A DNA stretch of 64,000 nucleotides, from the NCBI RefSeq assembly GCF_006345805.1, contig NC_043001.1, forward strand, positions 32,550,001 to 32,614,000. The letters run 5' to 3'. The first letter of the stretch is position 1, and each line of letters opens with the position of its first letter. The position numbers were made by a program, and so were the translations under genes. This document shows positions 53,546-64,000 of the stretch, piece after piece. The notes beneath the pieces were generated by a model. The model was not told the origin of the DNA. It was given only the letters and a program-made list of their open reading frames with translations, and did no database searches. Origin of the DNA: Octopus sinensis. Lineage: Eukaryota.

Positions 53546-53963
53546 GCGTATATAGAATATATTGCTATCTACAATTTCTGACCGTTCCATTGCCAGGTGT
53601 TTTTGCCAACATGCTCTCATTTCTGTGTTCAATAATTGCTGTGGATGAAATTTCCTTGGCGTGAAGTACTAAGGCTTGAAACATTGAATGAGCCACAACG
53701 ATCTTCAAGCTTTTACTAATGCTATCATAGTCACTAAAACCGATCCAAAGGGGCAGCCTCTATCGTAGTGACCCTTGAATGATGCGCCGCATGTGATATC
53801 TGGGTGCACGATAAGAAATACCGGCATGCGACGTAAATGTTATTTATGTGCCGCGCAAGATGCAACCGGGTGCGTCACAAGGCATATCGAGGCCCACCGT
53901 AGACCTTTAAAATTATATTTCAAGGGTCTTCAAAATTCGTATTCATTTTCTGATCTCTTAAAG

Positions 53964-56823
53964 CAGGGGTCTCCAAAGTACGGCCCGCGGGCCGGATTCG
54001 GCCCGCCAAGGTTTTTAATCCGGCCCGCCGAGCTGTCCTCCAAAATTATAAAACATGTCGAAAAACAAGCCTTGCCGAAATCATACAAAAACAAATATAC
54101 TTTACACCCCTTTTAATACGTTTGACAAATATAGTACAGCAAATAGACGCAAGACGACGCTAATTGATTTGCCATCAATTAATGTCTTTAAATTGCGCCG
54201 GCGAATTAAAAATTTATACACTAAACTTTAGTGTAAATATAGGTTCTTTTCCACTCCCCCCGTTTTAACTGACCCATCAGAACCACCATAAAATGAATTA
54301 ACTTCGCTATGGAGCTACCTATCATTCATCTTAGATAATAGGCGATTGTCAGTGAGATGGATGGTGCTGCTTACAATGAAGCAGAGATTCAATTTCTAGC
54401 TTTATTGATGTCGCAGAAAAGTCAACCTATTCCGTCAACTGTCGAGAGAGCAGATACGACAAGTATGACGTTAATAAAAGCCCCGTGCCTAGTATAATAA
54501 AAGAAGACAAATATCGATTTATCGATGTTACCTACATCTCACGAGCGATGAATAGAGAGGGTTGAGCCTGACGTTGTGTGGTGGTTTCTAATCCTGGTGC
54601 AGTCGCCAATCAGCGTGGAGTAAAGTTCGATGCGCATTCCGTCAGTCAGCCAGACTTGGCGTTTTCGTTGTGCACAAGTGTGAGTCATTTGTCGTCGTCG
54701 CTGCCGAAGTGAATGCACGTATCGAGTGACCTGTGAATATTGTTTTTACTTGTTTCGTCCTTTTACATATACATATATCGTCGAGCAAAATCTGTCGACC
54801 CATGGTAAAAATGTTAGCTCAAGGAAGAAAACGAAAAATCGACTCTGAGTGTAGAGTTTTTAAGGAACAATGGAACATAGACTATTTTGTCATAGAGTCA
54901 AACAACAAGGCACTATGCGTTATATGCACTGACACAATTGCAGTACTTAAAGAGTACAACATTCGGAGACATTATGAAAAAAAGCATTCATCACAGTACT
55001 ACCAATTCATTGGACAGCTACGTAAAGAAAATTTGACAAATTAAAGAAGAATTATCATCAATGCAGTTTGTTTTCAAGAAGAAGGCTGTAGAAAAAGAGA
55101 GAGCAACAAGAGCAAGCTTCCATGTTGCTAACCTTTTGGCGAAGAAAGGTAAGCCATTTACAGATGGTGAACTTATTAAAAAGTGCTTGAATGAGGTAGC
55201 TAAGGAAATGTGTCCAGAAAACGTAGATTTATTTTCCGCAATTAGTCTTTCTGCGAACACTGTTGCTCGTAGGGTTGAACATATTGAAAGAAATATTAAA
55301 TCACAGCTAAAAGACAAAGCCAGCAAGTTTGTATGCTTTTCTGTTGCACTTGATGAGTCAATTGATGTATCAGACACATCCCAATTGTTATTGTTCATCA
55401 GAGGAATAAATGCCAATTTTGAGATTACTGAGGAACTTGTATCTGTGCACAGCATGCATGGAACAATAACAGGCATAGATATTTTTAGAGAAGTGGAAAA
55501 GTCAGTGGCTGAGTATAATTTGGAATGGAAAAAACTAAAATGCATAACAACAGATGGTGGCAGAAATATGTGTGGAACCAAAAAGGGCTTAGTTGGGCAA
55601 ATTAACAAAGTAATTGAGAATTCCGGTGGATTGAAACCTTTGGTATTGCATTGTATTCTTCATCAGCAAGCACTGTGTGGAAAGCATCTTGATTTACCAT
55701 CTGTATTAGATCCTGTGATTTCCACTGTTAACTACATAAGATCTCATGGACTCAAACATCGCCAATTTCGTGATTTCTTGGAGGAAATGAATGCTGAGTT
55801 TCCAGACCTACCTTACTATACTTCAGTAAGATGGCTTAGCTATGGAAAAATTCTGGCTAGATTTTTTGAGCTTCGAACTGAAATTGAAATATTTTTAAAT
55901 GAGAAAAACCATTCACAGGTGTTTGCTCAAAGACAGTGAATGGCTCTGGAAATTAGTATTTCAGTCATTCAGCCGATTAACTATGCATCTCAATGATTTC
56001 AACCTACGGATACAAGGTGAAACTTCACTCATCTGTGATTTGTACTCAAAGGTGAAAGCTTTTCGTAAGAAATTAATACTATTTGAAAGTCAGTTAACAA
56101 GAAGCTGCTTTACTCATTTTTCACGATGTGACAAATATAGACAGGAAGCTGCCACTCCTTTCCAAACTTGTTTGCTCAAGATGTCATTTTAGCTTTGAAA
56201 CAACAGTTTGAAGAACGTTTTTCTGATCTTGATGCATGTTCTTCAAAACTAAGAATTTTTGAAAATCCATTTAACTCTGTTATTGGAGACTTACCTTCTG
56301 AGTTACAAATGGAAGTTATTGATTTGCAATCCAATGACATCCTGAGGACAATATAAAGAGGGAAATTTGATTGAATTCTACAAATGCCTTCCATCCGACC
56401 AATTTCTTCATTTAAGGAGGTTTGCCTGTGAATTCATTTCAGTTTTTTGGCACCACATATTTGTGTGAGAAGACTTTTTCAAAGATGAAAACAAAAATCC
56501 TGCTACAGATCACAATTGTCTGATGAACATTTAAATGCATTGCTTGTTATTGGAACCACTCATTTTGAACCTCAGTTGGACAAAATTTTGTCAGAAATGA
56601 AACAATTTCATGTTTCCCCTATTGATCAAAGTTAAAAAAAACATGTTAATTGTTACTGATATATATACATTGTGATTATGTACTGAATAAATAACCTTTT
56701 TTATTTATTAATTCACTATTTATTTATATTATTTTGGTAAAATAAATAATTTAGAACCTTGGCCCCCGTAGCTTTAAAAATTCAGCAATGTGGCCCTCCG
56801 CTGGAAAACTTTGGAGACCCCTG
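53964..56823 (+). mobile_element. Full-length hAT transposon, Buster/Charlie group
   Basis: Perfect 16-bp TIRs CAGGGGTCTCCAAAGT; perfect 8-bp TSD TCTTAAAG (53956-53963 and 56824-56831) with a central TA. Confidence 0.97.
54802..56635 (+). pseudogene. hAT transposase (GTF2IRD2/Buster-like), frameshifted in this assembly
   Basis: BED-type finger CVIC...RRHYEKKH; LDES and TTDG catalytic aspartates; CILH; VRWLS; TTYLCEKTFSKMK catalytic glutamate/dimerisation region; split across ORFs at 54733, 55061, 55899 and 56168. Confidence 0.92.
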
Positions 56824-56892
56824 TCTTAAAGCATGGGTTATTTATAATTTTGTTATACGCAGTCAACAACGTAAACAAAAGGTTTCTAAATT

Positions 56893-56925
<33 letters not shown>

Positions 56926-57075
56926 TTCATTTAAATACGTTCTGTTTAAACTGACCATATCCGGCCCAAATATTAAGTCTATTTTATGTTCAAGCTGGCC
57001 ATACCCTGCTTCTCACACCCACCCTAAAGATAAAAAGTTATATCATCGAAATCTCAAAGCTATGAGGCGACCGCA

Positions 57076-57600
57076 CCTTCGGTCATGAATGATCATGAGA
57101 TTGCACCAAGAAAGTTACCCTCCGAGGCACAAGTCCGGTCAAGGTTGTTTGTGGAAGGCCAGTAATCGCCCATGCATACCTATTTCTTTACAACCCACAA
57201 GGGGCTAAACACAGAGAGAACAAACAAGGACAGACAAACGGATTAAGTCGATTATATCGACCCCAGTGCGTAACTGGTACTTATTTAATCGACTCTGAAA
57301 GGATGAAAGGCAAAGTCGACCTCGGCGAAATTTGAACTCAGAACGTAACAGCAGACGAAATACCACTACGCATTTCGCCCGGTGTGCTAACGTTTCTGCC
57401 AGCTCACCACTGGGAAAGGCAAAGGCCGATACAGCTTAGCACCAGAGATGTCGCAACTCATTTCTACAGTTGAGTTAACTAGAACAACGTGAAACAAAGT
57501 GTCTTGCTCAAAAACACAACACGCAGCCTGGTCCGGGATTCGAACTCACAACCACACGATCGTAAGCTCGATACTATAACCACTGAGCCAAGCACATTCA
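57076..57600 (-). mobile_element. SINE family C variant interrupted by SINE B (57181-57409)
   Basis: Head and CORE-like domain at about 57460-57600; tail shared with 60677-60860. Confidence 0.8.
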
Positions 57601-57664
57601 CATATGAAATACTGTATAATTATATCAAAATAATGTGAACAAATAAGTATTATATTTAACAGAG

Positions 57665-57988
57665 TGGAAGCACTCCGTCGGTTACGACGATGAGGGTTCC
57701 AGTTGATCCGATCAACGGAACAGCCTGCTCGTGAAATTAACGTGTAAGTGGCTGAGCACTCCACAGACGCGTGTACCCTTAACGTAGTTCTCGGGGATAT
57801 TCAGCGTGACACAGAGAGTGACAAGGCCGGCCCTTTGAATACAGGTACAACAGAAACGAAGTAAGAGTGAGAGAGAAAGTTGTGGTGAAAGAGTACAGCA
57901 GGGATCACCACCATCCCTGCCGGAGCCTCGTGGAGCTTTAGGTGTTTTCGCTCAATAAACACTCACAACGCCCGGTCTGGGAATCGAA
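57665..57988 (-). mobile_element. tRNA-derived SINE, 5'-truncated, chimeric body and tail
   Basis: Body as in 33230-33360; tail as in 21146-21310. Confidence 0.85.
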
Positions 57989-58670
57989 TACTCAGTAATC
58001 TGAATACTAAAGGGTTAAAAACTTGTAATTTGAGCTTATATTTGAGCTCCAGGATCAAATGACTGAGAACTGATGCTAGTTTTAGCTGACGATTCTATTT
58101 AGCTGACGATAATAGTTTTCATTATAAATCTACCTCATTAAAACTGACCAAAATATAAAAAACACATCAGCGGTTGATGTGATCATTAAAAATAAGAGTG
58201 AGATTATTAAGCAGATGACTGATGTGAGAGGTAATATAGGTTTGTCAGAGCAGATGGATGCAGCGCTATTTGAACTGTTCAGTCAAATAATCTTTTTTTT
58301 TAATGTTTTTATTTTTTTTAAATTTATTTATTTATTCATTTATTTATTTATTTATTGCTTTTCTTGTGACAGGTCTTTTCTTTGCGTGGGAGGCTATAGA
58401 CTTTTGCAAAAGTAATTAAATAATTAATCCCTGAGACGAATCAAATAACCCCGATAAGAAAACAAGTTAATCTGACAGGTGTGATAATGTTGTCACTGCT
58501 GTTGCTGTTATTATTATTGTAGTGATGCTGCAAGTGTTAGTGATGGTTGTTATGGTAATGGTCGTCATGGTGATGGCTACATTTTGTGGCTTTTACATCT
58601 GCCTTCGGAAGTGTATATCTCAAGAATATTGTTGTTACTTAACCCTAGGCCAGGCTTAGGTCAACACTGG

Positions 58671-59086
58671 CTCTCTTTACTCTTTTTACTCTTTTACTTG
58701 TTTCAGTCATTTGACTGTGGCCATGCTGGAGCAGCGCTTTTAGTCGAGCAATTCGACCTCAGGACTTATTCTTTGTAAGCCTAGTACTTATTCTATCGGA
58801 ATCTTTTGCCGAAACGCTAGATTACGGGGACGCAAACACACCAGGATCGGTTGTCAAGCGATGTTGGGGGGACAAACACAGACACACAATCATATACACA
58901 CACATACATATACATATTTATACATATATACGACGAGCTTCTTTCAGTTTCCGTCTACCGAATCCACTCACAAGGCTTTGGTCGGCCCGAGGCTATAGTA
59001 GAAGATACTTGCCCAAGGTGCCATGCAGAGGGACTGAACCCGGAACCATGTAGTTCGTAAGTAAGCTACTTATCACACAGCCACTC
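58671..59086 (-). mobile_element. SINE family A
   Basis: Near full-length copy. Confidence 0.9.
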
Positions 59087-59339
59087 ATAGATTTATAATC
59101 AAAGGTGATCTCACCAAGAGAGTTGCGCTAGGGTCTTGGATGCAGAAGATGAAGGTTCTATTTATTTATTTATCAATTTTTATGTGCTCGATCTGAAAAA
59201 GGAGCGGAGTTGATGATTCGCGCTGGCCCTCCCAGAACAGTAAGATCGATAACGTTAACGTTTGGCTTAAACCGTTGCAAGTCGACACCTGCAGGATGGA
59301 CGTAAGGAAGGTGGGAATTCCAGTAAGCTGACATTCTAA

Positions 59340-59500
59340 GAAGGAAGGAAGGAAGGAAAGAAGAAAGGAAGGAAGGAAGGAAGGAAGGAAGGAAGGAAGG
59401 AAGGAAGGAAGGGAGGAAGGGAGGAAGGAAGGAAGGAAGGAAGGAAGGAAGGGAGGAAGGGAGGAACGAACGAACGAACGAACGAAGAAAGGAAGGAAGG
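59340..59500. repeat. (GGAA)n/(CGAA)n microsatellite
   Basis: Directly visible. Confidence 0.95.
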
Positions 59501-59710
59501 AAATGTTGGAAATAGTGGATAACGAGGGCTTAGTGTGGAAGGGTGTTAAGCACAACATAGATGATGAGGGAAAGAGAGAGAAAGAGAGAGAGAGAGAGGG
59601 AGAGAGAGAATTAGAAAGAGAGAGAAGGAGAGAGGGAGAGTGTGTGGATGAAGGCACGTGATCAGCCAATTGTCATAGTCTTCTGAAGTTTTGATATGTA
59701 CGAATATTAA

Positions 59711-60420
59711 GGTGGTGAGCTGGTAGATTCGTTAAGCACGTCAGGCAAGATGCGTAGCCGTATTTCGTCTGCCGCTACATTCTGAGTTCAAATTCCGTCG
59801 AGGTCGACTTTGCCTTTCATTCTTTCGGGGTCGATTAAATAAGTACCAGTTACGCACTGGGGTCGATGTAATCGACTTAATCTGTTTGTCTGTCCTTGTT
59901 TGTCCTCTCTGTGTTTAGCTCCTTGTGGGTAGTAAAGAAATAGGTATTTCGTCTGAGTTCACGTTTTGAGTTCAAATTCCGCCAGGGTCGATTTTTAACT
60001 TCACCCTTTCGGTGGCGATAAAATAAGTACCTGTTGAGCACTGGGGTCGATGTAATCGACTTACTCCCTCCCTAAAACTGCATGCATTCCGCCAAGGTCG
60101 ACTTTGCCTTTTATCCTTTCGGGGTCGATAAAATAAGTACCAGTTACACACTGGGGTCGATATAATCGACTTAATCCGTTTGTCACCTCTGTGTGTAGCC
60201 CCTTGTGGGCAGTAAAGAAATAAGAAACGTTAGCACGCCGAGCGAAATGCTTAGTGGTTTTTCGTTTGTCTTTATGTTCTGAGTTCAAATTCCGCCGAGG
60301 TCGACTTTGTCTTTCATCATATCGGGGGTCGATAAATTAAGTACCAGTTGCGTACTGGAGTCGATCTAATCGACTGCCCCCTCTCTCTAAATTTCGGACC
60401 TTGTATCTAGAGTAGAAAAG
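59711..60420 (+). mobile_element. Tandem cluster of about 4 units of SINE family B
   Basis: Central domain repeated at about 59800, 59985, 60095 and 60298. Confidence 0.85.
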
Positions 60421-60887
60421 AACATTTGTAAGATGAGAAACAAAAGTTCCGCTTTCACCAAACAAAGTAAATGGATCTCCGTCAGTTGCGACGATTACAA
60501 TTAAGTCGTTCAATTAAATAAATTTTCTGCTAACGAATTATACTGCAAAAGCTGAATATTGTATATACCTTAAAGGTATATACAATATTAAGTATAAACA
60601 AAACTATTATTAAACATAAACAAAGCACCTGGTAAGTCCTCTGCACGTAAAAAATATATATATATTAGACCCCCTTTGGACATGAATGACCGTAATATTG
60701 TACCTAGAAAGTTCCCCTCCGAGGCACAAGTTGTTTATGGAAGACCAGCAGTTACCCCTGCATACCAGCCTCCTCTCTCTATGCAACTGATGTTATCTAA
60801 GGGAACGACGAATGGCGATACAGCTTGGCACTAATGACGTCGCAACTTATTTCTACAGCTGAGTGAATTGGATCAAGAGGAAATAAA

Positions 60888-61081
60888 ATACATTGTTTAC
60901 ATCATTTATATTTGGCGGATATTGGTCCTCATCTTGTTTGTTGTTAGCACAACGTTTCGGCTGATATATCCTCCAGCCTTCATCAGGTGTCTTCGGGAAA
61001 TTTCGAACCTCGGTATATGGCGTAATGGTTAAGAGCGCGGACTACTAACCCCAAGATTCCGAGTTCTATTCCAAGCTGTGA

Positions 61082-61148
<67 letters not shown>

Positions 61149-61363
61149 TAATAATAATAAGAAGAAGAAGAAGAAGAATAACACCATCGAAAAATACATT
61201 AGGAATAAGAACCCAGGTTCGAAATTTCCCCCAAGACACCTGATGAAGGCTGAAGGGTATATCAGCCGAAACGTTGTGTTAACAACAAACAAGATGAAGA
61301 CAAATATCCGTCAAATGTAAATAATGTACATAATTCCTCATCTCTTAAATATAGAACTGTATT
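60888..61363 (+). mobile_element. Complete family D insertion: inverted HHR tail + tRNA head + (AAT)n + HHR tail
   Basis: Inverted segment 60890-61010; head at 61012; HHRs at 60946-60991 (-) and 61235-61280 (+); 10-bp TSD AGGAAATAAA at 60878-60887 and 61364-61373. Confidence 0.88.
61235..61280 (+). ncRNA. Minimal type I hammerhead ribozyme
   Basis: GACAC-CTGATGA-A-GGCTG-(10-nt loop)-CAGCC-GAAAC-GTT-GTGTT; helix III reduced to the palindrome AACGTT; predicted cleavage after 61275. Confidence 0.8.
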
Positions 61364-62362
61364 AGGAAATAAAGTGTTTTGCTCAAGAACACAACCCACA
61401 TCCCGGTCCAGGAAACGAACTCACAACCTCAAGATTGTGAGCCCGACGCTCTAACCAGTGAACCGTGCGCCTTAACATTTAGTAGCTTGTGAAAAAATGT
61501 GAAAACTACATTTGGGTCTGCGATTATGCCATCCCTTTTATGGCGTTTTACTTATTGCTACTTTTAACGCTTATTTTTTTCTAAGAAGAATCTTAAAGCC
61601 AGCAAATAATATAATAACGAGTGTAAAACATTTTCATCAGTCAAATTCAGAAGGAATTTAATGCAAAAAAAATGAAAAAATATCATTCAAAATATTTCTG
61701 ATCGCGGGAAAAAAGTTGACAAAATGTTTTTGAGAAACATTTTATTACATGATGTTAATGATTCTGTTGACCTTCCATAACAAGAAGGAATTATGAAGAA
61801 ATAGCTAAAACTAGAAAAGAACTTCGTTTCTATCCTATGGATTATGCAGATGTTCATCATTCACCTGAATAACATTTGCTAGAATTAAGTGATCGCAACC
61901 TCTTTAATTTGGATCAACAAGAGTATATTATAAGAAGCAAATAAAGAAGTTGATGAAAATGGAGAAAAAAATTGGAAGAGATGATTGCAAAAGAATTTGT
62001 TATAATGCTTCACGAAGTCGAAAAAAGAAATTAAGGAATTAATAACAAACAATGAGTTTAACATCGAACGATTTGAGCAAGTTCAGCGAAGCATAATTCG
62101 TTGAACTTCCAAATACTGTTCAATTGACTCCGGTTAAACAATTTTCAAATAAATACACTCAAAAGAAAACAACCATATTACTTCTCAATGATTTTCTTTT
62201 AATGTAAACCATGTTTCATTTACAACAAGCTGTTAAATAATCAACACATATTCCTATAATTTATTGCTAAATCATATTAAAATATGGCTTTAAAAAAAAT
62301 TTAGAAAACGTTGTCAAGGTATTTCCTAAGTTCGTAAACTAATTGCTGTATGTCTTATACAC

Positions 62363-62587
62363 CTCTTTTACACTTTTACTTGTTTCAGTCATTTGACTGT
62401 GGCCATGCTGGAGCACCGCCTTTTCGTCGAGCAAATCAACCCCAGGACTTATTCTTTGTAAGCCTAGTACTTATTCTATCGGTCTCTTTTGCCGAATCGC
62501 TAAGTTACGGGTACGTACACACACCATCATCGGTTGTCAAGCAATGTTGGTGGGGACAAACACAGACACACAGTCAAATACACAAAC

Positions 62588-62618
<31 letters not shown>

Positions 62619-62781
62619 CGACGGGCTTCTTTCAGTTTCCGTCTACCAAATCCACTCACAAGGCTAGGCTTTGGTCGGCCCGAGGCTGTAGTAGAAGACA
62701 CTTGCCCAAGATGCCACGCAGTGGGACTGAAGCCGGAACAATGTGGTTCGTAAGCAAGCTACTTACCCCACAGCCACTCCT
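62363..62781 (-). mobile_element. SINE family A
   Basis: Near full-length copy. Confidence 0.9.
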
Positions 62782-62929
62782 TTCGCGTGGTGTTCATTAG
62801 CAAGGCGCTTCCGTGCTGAACATACATACATACATACATACGTATGAATGAGAAATTTGCAGTTACTCTATCTAGATTACAAATTCTGGTTTATACCTGT
62901 AATTATTGGAGCACTAGGAAATGTAACGT

Positions 62930-63178
62930 GGAGGCGCATGGCTTAGTGGTTAGGGTGTCAGCATCATGATCGTAAGATTTTGGTTTCGATTCCTGGACCG
63001 GGCGACGCGTTGTGTTCTTCAGCAAAACACTTCATTTCACGTTGCTCCAGTCCACTCAGCTGGCAAAAATGAGCAACGCTAGGATGGACGGGCGTCCCGT
63101 CCAGCTGTGGAATGCATACGCCATAGAAACCGGGAAACCGGGTCCATGAGCCTGGCTAGGCTTTAAAAAGGGCGCATT
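62930..63178 (+). mobile_element. SINE family C, full length with TSD
   Basis: Same unit as 24446-24692; TAGGAAATGTAAC occurs on both sides (about 62915 and about 63189). Confidence 0.92.
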
Positions 63179-63415
63179 TATTTTTCATTAGGAAATGTAA
63201 CACTGCCTAAATACCAATCTCAAGAAATTACGCTTTTCAAAACCAGAAAGAGGAAAGCGTATTCGAATACTACAGATCCAATCCATCACTGGAACTGTAA
63301 AAATATGTGAACTTTCTAGAGGTTTATCATTTAAATATATATGGCCATGTCTAGATAATCAACTATATGCATGAGAATGCATACATAAAATAAAATATAC
63401 AAATCTGCACATATA

Positions 63416-63837
63416 TACTCTTTACTCTTTTACTCTTTTACTTGTTTCAGTCATTTGACTGCGGCCATGCTGGAGCACCGCATTTAGTCGAGCAAATCGA
63501 CCCCGGGACTTATTCTTTGTAAGCCTAGTACTTATTCTATCGGTCTCTTTTGCCGAACCGCTAAGTGACGGGGACGTAAACACACCGGCATCGGTTGTCA
63601 AGCAATGCTAGGGAGACAAATACAGACACACAAACACACACACACAAACATACATATATATATATACATATATACGACGGGCTTCTTTCAGTTTCCGTCT
63701 ACCAAATCCACTCACAAGGCATTGATCACCCCGAGGCTATAGTAGAAGACACTTGCCCAAGGTGCCACGCAGTGGGACTGAACCCGGAACCATGTGGTTG
63801 GTTAGCAAGCTACTTACCACACAGCCACTCCTGCGCC
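63416..63837 (-). mobile_element. SINE family A
   Basis: Full-length, low-divergence copy. Confidence 0.92.
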
Positions 63838-64000
63838 TATATATATATACATATATATAAAAATATTCTGTTGATGTTGAAATTTCAATGAAGGAGCCTT
63901 GGATTTTGGTTAGAAAGCGGCTCTTTGTCTATTAGCAAGAAGTCTGGAAATAAAACTGAATAATGACATACATACATACATACATATATGCATACATACA

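Larger units (their letters stand above)
60677..61470 (-). mobile_element. SINE family C variant hosting the family D insertion
   Basis: CORE-like domain split at AGGAAATAAA; head at about 61375-61470. Confidence 0.8.

Noticed and set aside
59645-59670. miRNA seed-like matches (AAGGCAC here, TGGAATGT at about 23112, ATTGCAC at about 14062)
   Set aside because: Matches end after the seed; no mature-length identity or precursor hairpin.
61480-62340. Possible decayed pogo/Tigger transposase tail
   Set aside because: Composition is suggestive, but no diagnostic motif or TIR could be read.

Overview
Repeat-saturated, AT-rich eukaryotic DNA with no host protein-coding exon I can support. The SINE families and the dense (TA)n/(CA)n/(AAT)n/(TAG)n microsatellites suggest an octopus (coleoid cephalopod) genome; this is inference. 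Contents: three tRNA-headed SINE groups (about 30 copies); a full-length hAT (Buster/Charlie-type) transposon at 53964-56823 with perfect 16-bp TIRs, an 8-bp TSD and frameshifts mostly at homopolymer runs; decayed Tc1 and mariner elements; hAT MITEs; a non-autonomous Helitron; R4/Dong, CR1-type and Tx1-type LINE fragments; and a full-length U2 snRNA copy with substitutions. The main unexplained signal is about 14 minimal type I hammerhead-ribozyme (HHR)-like motifs. They lie in foldback or pseudo-LTR-like modules, many inserted into microsatellites, which is the signature of Penelope-like elements (PLEs). Two loci (44532-45168 and 60888-61363) carry a tRNA-headed, HHR-tailed element preceded by an inverted 5'-truncated copy of itself; the second has a 10-bp TSD. 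This looks like a Pol III SINE mobilised by PLE machinery. All coordinates were read by eye; boundaries of degenerate repeats are approximate.
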